A stretch of DNA of 64,000 nucleotides from Eledone cirrhosa (Eukaryota): positions 155,682,001-155,746,000 of the forward strand of contig OZ024741.1 of assembly GCA_964016885.1 (NCBI GenBank). The letters are read 5' to 3'. Under the pieces are notes generated by a model, which had not been told where the DNA came from, did not search any database, and was given only the letters and a program-made list of their open reading frames with translations. Positions 41,091 to 53,944 of this stretch are shown here, one piece after another. How positions within the stretch are numbered: position 1 is the first letter of the stretch; each line of letters begins with the position of its first letter. Made by a program: the position numbers and the translations under genes.

Positions 41091-44000
41091 GTGCGCGTGG
41101 CCTGGGCTCAACTTGGAAGCAAGCAATGCTTCTAAATGACCTCAGGTCACAACGTATAGATGTGATGGTTATTTGCGAGGCCCGGATCAGCAACGTGCGA
41201 CAGCTGGCCCCCACCTTTGATGACTTTGAGATGCACGCATCTCTCTGTCAGCCCGGAGGCGGGGGTGGAGTTGTCGTTCTGCTGCAAAAACATCTGGGTC
41301 TCACAACACAGACGGTACATTTGGACCCGGAGGGTCGACTAGTGGTTCTGGACCTTGGCAGTGGTAAAGGCGGAGCGTTTAGGTTGGTAGCCGCCTACGG
41401 CCCTTTCGGGTCAATGCGGCCGGACTTCTTCCATCGTCTGGAGACTTTTCTAGGGACGTCCCGCTCCTTGCTATTAGTGGGGGACTGGAATGGTATCCTA
41501 GATGCACGCTGGGACTACGTAGGGGCCTGCCCCGATAGAGAGGGGTGTAATAGCCTCAAAGGGTTAATCGGTCGATTTGACCTGGCCGATAGATATCGAC
41601 TAGATTTTCCGACTGCGCCAACCTGGACTTGGGCAAATCGTAGCGGATCATCTAGGTCGTACCTAGATAGGTTCTTAGTTAGAATTAAGGATAAGGACTT
41701 TTTAAGTTGTCCAAAAATGCGCATGGTTGGCTATTCAGACCACAAATTAGTGACCTGCATGGTCAACCTTGACAGAACTCATAGACAGGGCCCCGGTTAC
41801 TGGAAGCTCAACTTGTCCTTGCCGGCAAGTAGAGCCTACAGGAATCGGATTAGTACGTTAGTTAAGGAACGGTTGACTGGAGCGATCGTCAACAGCAGGT
41901 GGTGGGTATCTCTAAAGAGAGAGATTAGAGTAGTCTCGATAGAATTTAGTAAGGTTCTAGCTGCGGATAGGAATAGGAAGGAAAGGGAGTTAATAGATAG
42001 AGTAGAAGAGGCAATTAGAAGCGGCGACGTGGCCAGAGTGCTAGCGTCGACAACGGCTTTGAGCCAGTTTTTCGACGCGAAGCACGAAGGCTGCGTTGTC
42101 CGAAGTAAAATACGTGCTCTAGGGAACGAGGGGACCAAAGCTGTTAGCTGGGCCCGCGTGACAGAGGCCAACAGTGGAACTAAATCAACCATCCGGTCTT
42201 TGCGAGACCTGGATGGACGAGCGATTCTTGAGCCTAAGCAGATGTGTGAGGCCTTTCAAAGGCACTTTGCCCGACTGTTCGGGAGGGGCGGGGAGCCGGT
42301 TGGGAACGTGGACTTCGGTCCATACCTCGACGGCCTGCCGCGCCTCTCGGACAGGGAGGCGAAGTCCTGCGAGGAGCCGATTTCGGCCGCTGAGATAGAG
42401 GACGTGCTGAGCCAATGCGGCAAACGCAAATCCCCGGGTCTCGATGGTCTTCCTTACGAATTATATCTAGCTATGCCGGACTTGTTCCCCGATCTCCTCG
42501 AGGCGGTCTACTGCAACTGGCAACAGAACGGGAGAATTCCCTGTACTGTGACCAAGGGCGTAGTCACGCTAGTGAGGAAGGACGAGAACAAGGGGGACGA
42601 AATAAGTAACTTCAGGCCCATAACACTGCTAAATACAGAGTTACAGATTTTGGCCAAGGTGCTAGCAAAGAGGTTGGCGCTTGTCGTGGGCAACCTGGTG
42701 GGAGATGCGCAGACATGCGCTATCCCGTCCAGGTCCATCCATGACAACCTCCACCTCATGCGATACATCATAGAGAGGGTTGGGAACGAACCCGGCTTTG
42801 GTGGGGCTCTGATCAACTTGGATCAATCTAAGGCGTTCGATAGGGTCGACCATGGTTACCTGGATGCGGTGCTAGCGGCGGCAGGCTTCGGACCCGTTTT
42901 CAGGGGCTGGATCACTGCTATGCACAGCAGCCGCATCTGCTCTAGGGTCAAGGTGAACGGCTACCTCTCGGAGCCGTTCAAAATCGCGCGGTCCATCCGA
43001 CAAGGGTGCCCTCTCTCCTCCCTTCTGTATGTGTTGACTCTAGAGCCACTACTGCGGAAGTTGGAGTTGTTGCAGGGCATCCCTTTGGAACCGGGATTGC
43101 GGAAAGCGGTGTCGGCCTACGCCGATGACGTGACAGTAATGGTGTCGACGGCCTCCGAAATCGAGGCGGTCGGCACCTTACTGGAGGAGTACGAAAAGTT
43201 CACAGGGGCTAAGCTGAACCGGGACAAGTCGATCGGTTTGCAACTCGGCACGTGGAGGGGCAGACCGATGCCCTCCGATGGCGTCGTCGGACGCTGGACA
43301 GAGGGCCCGGTGAAGTTGCTCGGGGTCTGGTTCGGACCGGACCTCCAGGTGGAGAAAAACTGGGCGGAGGTTACGAACAGGGTGTTTGCACTGACCCAGA
43401 AGTGGGCCAGTTGCAAACTATCCCTGAAAGGTCGGGCGGAGGTGGCGAACACCTACATAGCGTCCGTCATCTACTACCGCCTGACCGTAGTGCCCTGCCC
43501 AAGGGAAACCCTCACCAAGATGGAGCGCGCGCTCTTCCAATTCCTTTGGAAGAGGCGGGCTCCTATGGTGAGGAGATCCATCTGCTGTCAACACCCTTCG
43601 AAAGGAGGGCTGGGGATGCCGTGGCTAATGATGCGTAAACACGCATTAAGGCTACGGCACCTCTACGTATTCCTCACCGGACAACCGGTGTGGGCCTCGT
43701 TTGTGAGACGAACCTTTCCCAGACTCGTCTCACTCACCGAGCTGCAATCCTGGGTCAAGCAAAGACCGAGAAAACTGGGCGCCTGGCACACTGAGTGTGC
43801 CCAGGCGCTCACCGCCCTCTGGCAGGCGGATCCGGTTATCAGTGGAGACTCCACCGCAACATTCTATAGAGGGCTGGTACGCAGCAGGTGCGACGACGCC
43901 CTCGGAGAAGCCCTAGACATGGAGGAGGACGAACTGGCCAGCCTGTTCGGTAGGACATTCAGCCCGGGACCTATGGACAACTTCCAGAAGTCCCTGGCCT

Positions 44001-44764
44001 GGCAGTGCTACCGAGGGGCTTTACCCGTTCGAGAAAGGCTCTACAGACACGGGCGCCCGGGTAGGGACCCCGCCAAAAAGATCTGTCCCAGATGCGTGTG
44101 CGACGAGGAAACCGTTGCACACGCATTGGTACACTGCTCGGGCGTAGCCGATCTGTGGGGCTATGTCGAACAACTGCTGTCAAGGGTGGGACCGATCCGG
44201 TTGACCACCGAGTCTATTGTAATGATCAAGCCGCCTCCCCCCTTCAAAGATGATGCAGAGGCGGTGTTTCTGTGCGTAATAGCCATGGCGAAAGAGGTTG
44301 TATGGTGGACGCGTCTGAAAGGACTGAGGTCAGGCACCTTTCTCTCTGGCCAACAACTGGTCCGTTTCTTCCGATATCATTTCGGAAGAAGGATCAGGAT
44401 GGAGAGAGAGGTGCTGCACCCCAGCCGTTTCTATGAAAGATGGGTGAAAGTGGCGAGAATGGCCCGTGTGAATGGGCCTTCACTCTACATCAGACTATAG
44501 GTGAGGAAGATGAAAGACCAAGGGAGCACCCCTTCTCTGTGCTCCTGAGGAGAAGGGTTGCACACTTTTTTCGGGGGTGTGTGCGACCCCCCAAGGCGCC
44601 TCCTCTCTATTGAGGATTTTGTTAAAAATTTTATTTTTTGTTATATCTTATTTTATTTTTATATTTTGTTATTGCCTCCTCCTTATTGAGGACGCCTTTT
44701 TGTGTAAACTCCCCCCTTTGTACTTGTCCCACTTTTGATGCCCTAGTGGCAAATAAAAGAAACA

Positions 44765-44807
<43 letters not shown>
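41091..44807 (+). mobile_element. Tx1/L1-group LINE, 5'-truncated at the start of ORF2, with (TATC)n tail
   Basis: GC-rich island; no ORF1; 3' UTR 44501-44765 with AATAAA followed by (TATC)n. Confidence 0.88.
41126..44500 (+). CDS. LINE ORF2: APE endonuclease, reverse transcriptase, C-terminal zinc finger
   Basis: 1124 aa uninterrupted. ICE, GDWN, YLDRFL, SDH; GYWKLN; KSPGLDG, NFRPITLLN, LDQSKAFDRVDH, IRQGCPLS, YADD; CPRC..ETVAHALVHC. Confidence 0.93.
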   Translation: MLLNDLRSQRIDVMVICEARISNVRQLAPTFDDFEMHASLCQPGGGGGVVVLLQKHLGLTTQTVHLDPEGRLVVLDLGSGKGGAFRLVAAYGPFGSMRPDFFHRLETFLGTSRSLLLVGDWNGILDARWDYVGACPDREGCNSLKGLIGRFDLADRYRLDFPTAPTWTWANRSGSSRSYLDRFLVRIKDKDFLSCPKMRMVGYSDHKLVTCMVNLDRTHRQGPGYWKLNLSLPASRAYRNRISTLVKERLTGAIVNSRWWVSLKREIRVVSIEFSKVLAADRNRKERELIDRVEEAIRSGDVARVLASTTALSQFFDAKHEGCVVRSKIRALGNEGTKAVSWARVTEANSGTKSTIRSLRDLDGRAILEPKQMCEAFQRHFARLFGRGGEPVGNVDFGPYLDGLPRLSDREAKSCEEPISAAEIEDVLSQCGKRKSPGLDGLPYELYLAMPDLFPDLLEAVYCNWQQNGRIPCTVTKGVVTLVRKDENKGDEISNFRPITLLNTELQILAKVLAKRLALVVGNLVGDAQTCAIPSRSIHDNLHLMRYIIERVGNEPGFGGALINLDQSKAFDRVDHGYLDAVLAAAGFGPVFRGWITAMHSSRICSRVKVNGYLSEPFKIARSIRQGCPLSSLLYVLTLEPLLRKLELLQGIPLEPGLRKAVSAYADDVTVMVSTASEIEAVGTLLEEYEKFTGAKLNRDKSIGLQLGTWRGRPMPSDGVVGRWTEGPVKLLGVWFGPDLQVEKNWAEVTNRVFALTQKWASCKLSLKGRAEVANTYIASVIYYRLTVVPCPRETLTKMERALFQFLWKRRAPMVRRSICCQHPSKGGLGMPWLMMRKHALRLRHLYVFLTGQPVWASFVRRTFPRLVSLTELQSWVKQRPRKLGAWHTECAQALTALWQADPVISGDSTATFYRGLVRSRCDDALGEALDMEEDELASLFGRTFSPGPMDNFQKSLAWQCYRGALPVRERLYRHGRPGRDPAKKICPRCVCDEETVAHALVHCSGVADLWGYVEQLLSRVGPIRLTTESIVMIKPPPPFKDDAEAVFLCVIAMAKEVVWWTRLKGLRSGTFLSGQQLVRFFRYHFGRRIRMEREVLHPSRFYERWVKVARMARVNGPSLYIRL

Positions 44808-44808
<1 letters not shown>

Positions 44809-45412
44809 GACCTGTGGGGCTATGTAGAACGACTATTGTCGGGGGTGGGACCAATCCTGTTGACCACCGAGTCCATTGTCATGATCAAACCGCCCCCTCC
44901 TTCAAAAACGAAGGAGAGGCGGTTTGTTTTCCTTTGTGTGATAGCTATGGCGAAAGAGGTTGTATAGTGGACGAGGTTAAAAGGGCTGAGGTCAGACACC
45001 TTTCTCTCTGGCCAACAACTGATTCTTTTTTTCAAATACCACTTTGGAAGAAGAATCATGATGGAGAGAGAGGTGCTGTACCCCAGCAAGTTTTATGAAA
45101 GGTGGGTGAAAGTGGCGAGAATGGCCCGAGTGAATGGGCCTTCTCTCTATATCAGCCTGAAGGTTGAGGAAAAAGAGGAGGAGAGGAAAGGAGTACAAAC
45201 TCTTCGTACTCTTGGAGATGAGGGTTGCACATTTTTTTCGGGGGTATGTGTTACCCATATGTTACCTCTATTGAGGAAAATCAACTAATTTTTAAATTAC
45301 ATTTGTGATAATATTTTACACGTTTTTATTGTATGTAAACTTCCCCCTTTGTATTTGTCCCCTTCTTTTGCGCCCCTGTGGTTAATAAAGAAACATATTT
45401 ATCTATTTATCT
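44808..45412 (+). mobile_element. Second, 5'-truncated and diverged Tx1 3' fragment
   Basis: Repeats 44150-44765 (DLWGYVE..TTESIVMIKPPP; FYERWVKVARMARVNGPSLYI) with frameshift and stop; ends in degenerate TATC. Confidence 0.88.
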
Positions 45413-45437
45413 TTCTCCCACTCTCTCTCCCCCCCCC

Positions 45438-45502
<65 letters not shown>

Positions 45503-46204
45503 GGGGTTACTTCCCTTGTTGGAAATAACACCTGAAACACTGGGAGCTACAAATGATAGCAGTTCAATGTTCCAGTCTACACCGGCTTAAGGCATAGAAC
45601 GAAATTTCCCCGTTGACGCTGTGAATCCTTGTTCGATCATAGAATACCACAGCCTGCATGTTACGTAGGCTGGATGGATGATTTCGGTTTCATAGAAACC
45701 TATCGAACGTATTACAAAATATCGTTTGATATGCCCAGGTCAGCTGTTTAACCTGATTGTTTTTGGTATTATGAGGGTAGGACTGCCTTCCGCAACTTTC
45801 AATTTGTCAAGCTGTCTAAACCTATGTTATTACTCTAAGGCCCTACCGTATTGAGTGCTTTGCTGCTCATTCCTAATTGAAGGTCGCTTGCTTGGCCACA
45901 GCCAAAGCTTCGATTTTACTAAGCTTCCTTTCCTATCTTCGGTTTGCTTTTATCCTTCTATGTTGTTTACTTGTCCGCCCCTCGCCTTACGCGAATTCTG
46001 GTCCCAATAAATTTTTTTAGTTATTGCTCGCACCAACCTCAGGTATCTGATTTTTAATGCGATGAAATATCAATGATGATTGGAAAATCACTGACGAAGG
46101 ACTATTTTTATCATATGTAACCCATGTGCAAACCACGCAGTATTCTTCTTTCTTCTCATGTTTTATATATATATAATATACATACACACACACATATACA
46201 TATA

Positions 46205-46893
<689 letters not shown>

Positions 46894-46922
46894 ATATACA
46901 TATATACACTCTTGTATATATC

Positions 46923-47784
46923 CGAGGTGTGTCAGAACATTTCCAGGACTGATGTCACAACAGATTTATTTCAAACCCAAACTTCACACTAAAAGGTTTC
47001 TCCTTCAAAGAAATCCCCATGGAGTCTAATGCACTTTTCCACCCTTTTCTGTCACGCTTGCATGCACTCCTGGAAGGATTCTTCCGGGACGCTCCGCAGT
47101 TCCGTCGTCACGGCTTTTTTGATGTCGTCTACGTCTTCAAAACGGGTCGCCTCCGGGTCGTACTCGAAGATTCATGACTCATCACCGGTGATGACTGTCC
47201 CTAGCAAGTCTGGTTCGGTTTCAAGACGTCCGAGGATGTCCTGGCACACTTGCATGCGTCGACCCTTCTGGTCATCGTTCAGCAGTTTTGGCACCACCAT
47301 CATCGCGCAGACTTTCCGCATGTCCAAATCTTCAGTGAGAATCTTCCAGACGCTGTTCCGATTCATGCCCAGCTCATTTGCCATCAGTCGAACAGTCAGC
47401 CGACGATCGCTACGCACCATCTGCTTGACGCGCTCAACGTTGACCTCAGTCCTGTTTGTTGAGAGCCTTCCGCTCCTGGGGTCATCTTCCACGTCATCGT
47501 GTCCTTCTTTAAACTCTCCATGCACTTGCTGCAGCAAACCCAGTCCTTCTACCGTACCAGAAACTTCAAGTTTGTTCGTTGCTCTGTGCTCTTTACTTGA
47601 TGACCTGAAACAGAAGACATGTATATAAAATTTTGAAGACAAAGGTTTGATCACTGCAGAGAGCTAAGATTACAGTTACATACTCCAGGGGGATTACTTT
47701 GAAGGAGAAAACTGTTAGTGTGAAGTTTTGGTTTGAAATAAATCTTTTGTGACATCAGTCCTGGAACCTTTCTGACACACCTCG
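46923..47784 (-). mobile_element. Internally deleted mariner (Tc1/mariner) transposon
   Basis: TIRs CGAGGTGTGTCAGAA in TA context; ORF 47172-47654 has FKEG..VEDDPRSGR, DRRLTVR, WKILTEDL.MRKVCA..VPK.L and ITGDES, followed by a C-terminal EKCIRLHGDFFEG remnant. Confidence 0.9.
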
Positions 47785-47799
47785 TATATATATATATAT

Positions 47800-48021
47800 G
47801 TGAGAAAAATCACAAATGTGAAAAACCCACAAACCTTCCATCTCAATTCTACTTTTGAAAAGCAGAAGAACTGCAAAACCGGTAAAGGAACCAAATAAAT
47901 ATATGTTTTAAAAAAATAGACTCCAGTTGCATTTTCGATTTCATCTTTTTCCGTATACTTTCACTCGTATAGGACACCTCGTTTTTTTTTTCATTTTGTA
48001 AAATAATCTCACTTTCTAATC
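47800..48021 (+). mobile_element. 3' terminal fragment of the P1-related family
   Basis: Matches 33090-33300. Confidence 0.7.
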
Positions 48022-48022
48022 T

Positions 48023-48072
<50 letters not shown>

Positions 48073-48089
48073 ATATATATATATATATA

Positions 48090-48222
48090 CAGGGTGGACA
48101 AAAAGTCGCAATACATAGGAAAAATAATTACACTTTTAAGTTTCCATATATATTTCTAACGAGTTCTTTTCTACTTTTAGGAAACCTTGATATCCTACTA
48201 TCGCAACTGTTGCTCCACCCTG
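48090..48222. mobile_element. Tc1/mariner-type MITE; inverted copy at 55678-55815
   Basis: TA|CAGGGTGG...CCACCCTG|TA. Confidence 0.7.
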
Positions 48223-48439
48223 TATATGTAAGTATACAAGGTATATGAAAGTGATCATTCGATGTTTCGAAAATGCTCAATATATAAATAGTTGCAAACA
48301 AATTTATAAAAGTTATAAAAAATGAATAACACTTCATATTCATGTATTGTATAAGTTACCGCCTGATTATACGGTCATGTGTTTAAAATATAGTCGTATT
48401 GATACACGTTGTATATATACATACATACACACATACATA

Positions 48440-49857
48440 TATGGTGGCTGCCAACTCGTTTTCGAGTACGGCCACTACTTTATATCCATGTAGGAGAACC
48501 CCTACCGATGCGTTGAACGAGTGTGACTTTTTTGTCCAGCCAGGGACTTGAAAACTCTGGTACAAACACTACACTTGTGACAATTACTGACACATAGTGC
48601 TGGACCCATGGTACCATGTGACGACAAGTGCAGAGAGATCTCCAGATATAAAGCAATGCTTGTGCCGTGAAGCTTTTATAGTGAGCACTGCACAAAGCCA
48701 GTCCCACTCTCTTAACCAAGATGATATTTACCAAAAAGAAGAACAAGTCAACATCATTGGATACCATCAGAATTGCAGGTGTTATATCAGAGTTTTCCTT
48801 CTCCTAGAATTCTGCCTTGACAAAGGCTAAGGGGTCATCTCTCCCAGTGATTTTGGATGGCCATTGACTCTTAAGAGCTCCTTTGCCCTTTGACAGGTTT
48901 TGTGTTTAGTCCTCCAGGATGTCCAAAGTCACCCTCCTCACCAAGAAACCTTGGTGTGGTTGCCAGTTTAGTCGCCAACGACCCGACCATGACACAGGTT
49001 GTACTGGGATACATGTTACCAGTAACACCAACTGGTGGCCTGACATACATACATACATACAGTACATACATGCATACATGCATACATACATACATACATA
49101 CATACATACATAGTAGTGGCTGCCAACTCGTTTTCGAGTACGGCCACTACTTTATATCCATGTAGGAGAACCCCTACCAATGCGCTGAACGAGTGTGACT
49201 CTTTAGTCCAGCCAGCGACTTGAAAACTCTGGTACAAACACTACACCTGTGACAATTATTGACACATAGTGCTGGGCCCATGGTACCATGTGACGACAAG
49301 TGCAGAGAGATCTCCAGATATAAAGCAATGCCTATGCCGTGAAGCTTTTATAGTGAGCAAAGGCACTGCACAAAGCCAGTCCCACTCTCTTAACCAAGAT
49401 AATATTTACCAAAAAGAAGAACAAGTCAACATCATTGAATACCATCAGGGTTGCAGGTGTTAATCAGAGTTTTCCTTCTTCTAGAATTCTGCCTTGACAA
49501 AGGCTAAGGGGTCATCTCTCCCAGTGATTTTGGATGGCCATTGACTCTAAAGAGCTCCTTTGCCCTTTGACAGGTTTTGTTTTTAGTCCTGCAGGATGTC
49601 CAAAGTCACCCTCCTCACCAAGAAACCTTGGTGGGGTTGCCAGTTTAGTCGCCAACGACCCGACCATGGAACAGGTTGTACTGGGATACATGTTACCAGT
49701 AGCAACAACTGGTGACCTGACATACATACATACATACATACATACATACATACGTACATACATACATACATACATGGTGGCTGCCAACTCGTTTTCGAGT
49801 ACGGCCACTACTTTATATCCATGTAGGAGAACCCCTACCGATGCGCTGAACGAGTGA
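48440..49857 (-). mobile_element. Head-to-tail array of non-autonomous RTE-like elements separated by (TACA)n
   Basis: Units 48440-49043, 49113-49720 and truncated 49754-49857. Minus-strand CTAGGAGAAGGAAAACTCTGA resembles RTE 5' UTRs. Confidence 0.65.
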
Positions 49858-49863
49858 ATACAT

Positions 49864-49900
<37 letters not shown>

Positions 49901-49911
49901 TACACACGCAG

Positions 49912-50035
<124 letters not shown>

Positions 50036-50148
50036 ATACAATGTTATATATATGTGAGAAAATACGTATGTATGCATGTATAAATATATAGTGAATATTT
50101 TCCCTATAAACCCGTTTAACTACATATATCTATATCTATATACACTCA

Positions 50149-50284
<136 letters not shown>

Positions 50285-50616
50285 TATATAAATACATATA
50301 CATATATACATATACATTCTTACAGAGATTAATGCATACACACGTATAATATTTATGCATAGCTATATAGAGATACACATACTTGTGGTTATGTAATTTG
50401 GAGAATAATAGACTACCGTATAAATTCATTTCATTGCTGGAGAGAATGCCGTCACGTAAACGATAATATTATATTAGCAGAGGTTCATTTGAAATATTTG
50501 GACTAGAAGAGAATAAAAGAAATTACTTTCTCTATGTGATATCAGTTAGTTATATCTGTCAATGATATAGGAACCAGTACTTGATATCCATAAAAATAAC
50601 ACATACAAATAATTGA

Positions 50617-50680
<64 letters not shown>

Positions 50681-50969
50681 TGAGAGAGAGGGAGAGGGAG
50701 AGAAAGAGAGAGAGAGAGAGAGACTTCAACATCTGAAACTATTATATGGTAGGGAGGGTGGAAAACATAATTTGTGCACTTCTAAAGATCCAGTGCAGTT
50801 CATGCCTAACCTTTATGTGTCATCCTCCACTTTCACGTGGAAAGTTTTTTCTACCGACCTCCTGTATAATAAATATTCAAGAACGCATCAAAAATGTTTG
50901 ATAAATGTTTGTTACTGGTTCGTAAACTGACTTTTATGATGTAGTAAAACATACCAAAGGGAGGTAACA

Positions 50970-51158
50970 AATAATGGTTTCTACCTTTGGCACAAGGCCA
51001 GCAATTATCCCAATTCATTGCTGGTACTTCATTTTATCGATCCCGTAAGGATGAAAACCAAAGTTAACCTCGGTGGGATTTGAACTCAGACCATAAAGGG
51101 ACATAACTCTAGGCTTCCAAGCATGGTGACCGACCCTCTAACGATACTGCCAATCAAC
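50970..51158 (-). mobile_element. SINE family A inside or next to the hAT relic
   Basis: Family A body; TSD CAAATAATG. Confidence 0.78.
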
Positions 51159-51164
51159 CCAAAT

Positions 51165-53132
51165 AATGCTGACTCATGTGGTGCCTGCTGCAAGTACCAC
51201 CGCATTAAAGAACAATTGAAAGCAAATTTTACCATTTAAAGCTGTATTTTATTAAATTTAATTATAAAGGATATACTTTAGTTTCATGGTCAAGGTTAGT
51301 TTTATGGATAGTGTTCACGAATATGTCGCTAAGGAAAATATCGCCTTTTGAAGCCATCAGAGAAGCAGATTGTGGAGTGCTTTGAAACAAAAAAATTATT
51401 GTAACAAACATTTCGACAATATGGACAACACGGCTGCTTTTTAACAACCATGGTACTTCACTATGGCACAAAAGTCTCACATAGTTATCATCAATATCAA
51501 GGCAGAATTGACGGAAAATTCGGTCAGACAAAGAATCGATTTTAGCTTGTGCATAGTTTTAATAACTAACTGTAGCACATCATGGCCCTTCGTCGATATT
51601 TTTGCCACTAAATGCTGCTGGTGAGTCACACAGTGAACTGTTAAAACAGAATGCGAAGGTTCATGATTTAAGAGAGTAGAGAATCCTATGTATCTACCTA
51701 CAATATCAGGGGCTCTATCAGATGCACAGGCAACAATATTTTTTTTATCGGATGTTATGTTCATTAAAATATAGCTTCAATAAATCTAAAATAGACTTAC
51801 CTTTTGAGTAAAGCAACAATTGGTTAGTCAATAGCATCTCCTCATAAGGTGGAACATTTTCATAAAAAAAACGAAAATACACCATCATCCAGCGTTGACT
51901 TCCCACAAATGTTCATTCATCAACATGTATGGAAAATTCATAACTACAGATATTATGGATGAGTTGATGTTTGATGTCGGTGGTCATTTCATTACGTCGA
52001 AAAATTGTATCATTACTAAGTGGAATTGTCTTAATAATTTTATGCATTACAGTCAAGAGAACATCTTCAATAACAGGTCAAAGTTTCTCCTATAGTGTGG
52101 GAGGTACCGGCCTTTGCAACCAGTGACGCTATGTTGTACGACACAATCGTACCGTTATCTTCCTACGTAGTTGCTTTCTAAAATTACGAGAATAACGTTT
52201 TTCACATTTTGAATGACTTCTTAAGTTGTAAGAAATATGACAATAATTTTTCCGTGTGGTCAGCAAACTTAGAATACATGGTGCTTTAAGCACGAAGGCG
52301 GAACCCTTCGATGTTTAACGTTTGGTTGCCCTTAAGACCAATACGTAATTGGTTGCTCTAAGGAGAAACAATAGATCCTTAAGACAAATAATCAATGTTG
52401 TATTGACAACAGTCTTTCTTAAATGGAGACAGTGAGGTGATTAAAATCGTACAATACTCTAAGAAAATTGTAGGAACAATAGATAACAATATTCCTGTTC
52501 AAAAGTTTATATTCTTACTTGAAGTCTATTTTCCACAAATACGAGAACACAAGAACGTTGCAATCACTTACCGATCTATATAATCTAAAAACTTAACATA
52601 GCTGTCTGTTTTTGTTTTATTATGCGCATTGAGCTGTGAACAGGTCCTCTGTTGTGATTCTCATATTTTATCTGGCACTATCGTACGTGCCTCATTGTCT
52701 ACAGCATATCAGAATTCTTAAAGGTCATCGCTTGTGACAAATGTTTGTGTGATCTACCGGTGTTGGCGGCATTGGCAAGTTTACCCTGAAGTCATTTTTT
52801 TATTTTACTGGCACTGGTATAGTTGTTCTTGTTCTTCACTTATCTGATTTATATCTCCAAAAATGTTATTTCGTAAGAAGAAGCATTTGAGAACCTTTAT
52901 AAAAACTATAGAAAATACCAAAATGTTCATTGTTTCTCGAGTTGTGTATCAGCTATCTAAGAATGTGACCCTGTTATTGCCTTTGAATATTTTTTGTAGC
53001 ACATGATGAAATAACTTCTTTTAATATGCAAAATCCTATATAGCTCACACCAACATTTCCAGTCACCCACTATTTTATTTCAGATGCTCATCGCCGTCTG
53101 GTATGTTAAATCCCCCAGGTTGAGAAACTCTG
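51165..53132 (-). mobile_element. Decayed hAT (Charlie/Buster-type) transposon
   Basis: IVACASD.AP..VGR..GF, VHCVTHQQHLVAK, R.FRQFC..YVRLL.HSEV.WL. One terminus CAGAGTTTCTCAACCTGGGGG beside GTTTAAAC (NNNTANNN-type target). The other end was not found. Confidence 0.78.
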
Positions 53133-53431
53133 GTTTAAACGAAAAGACTAATTCTACTGAAGCGACGATTTGGTAGTCGTTTAACAACTCTTTTTAGCAG
53201 CTCTAATGACCACAACCATTAGCTCGTATATCTCCTATGTTGGGTATTTATTTAATAGTAAAATGTCTGCTTATCAAATGAGACTTGCGTGCTTCTGTGA
53301 CGTTGATGCTTTGTAATATGTCAAAACTGAATATTATTAACAATCCCGGATAAATAAATACGTTTGTAATTATAATACAAACGCAATATTAAGAGAACTA
53401 TAGTAAAAACCATTCGGAATATATGTCGATT

Positions 53432-53488
<57 letters not shown>

Positions 53489-53944
53489 TCTCTCTCTCTC
53501 TCTCTCACTCTCATTATCACTTTCCATTTCTCCTTGTATATCTGTGTAATGATATGTATGTGTTATTTTATGGATATCAAGTATTGGTTCTCATATCATT
53601 GACAGATATGACTAACTGATATCACATGGAGAAAGTAATTTCTTTTATTCTCTTCTAGTCCTAATATTTTAAATGCACCTCTGCTAACATAATATTATCG
53701 TTTACGTGACGGCATTCTCCCCAGCAATGAAATGAATTTGTACGATAGTCTATTATTCTCCAAATTACATAGTCACAAGAGTGTGTATCCCTGTATAGTT
53801 TTGCATAGATATACATATATTATAAGTGTCTATACATCATCCTCCATAAGTATGTATATGAATATAGCTGTCAAAACGGCTGAAGCGCAGCCGTCGGGGT
53901 CCTGAAACTTTTCATACATATGTACATATATATATATATATAAT

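Noticed and set aside
41515-44183. Short overlapping ORFs within the Tx1 element
   Set aside because: Shadow frames of a GC-rich coding sequence.
48440-49857. CRISPR-like or satellite array
   Set aside because: Long units with microsatellite linkers in eukaryotic DNA; no repeat-spacer structure and no cas genes.
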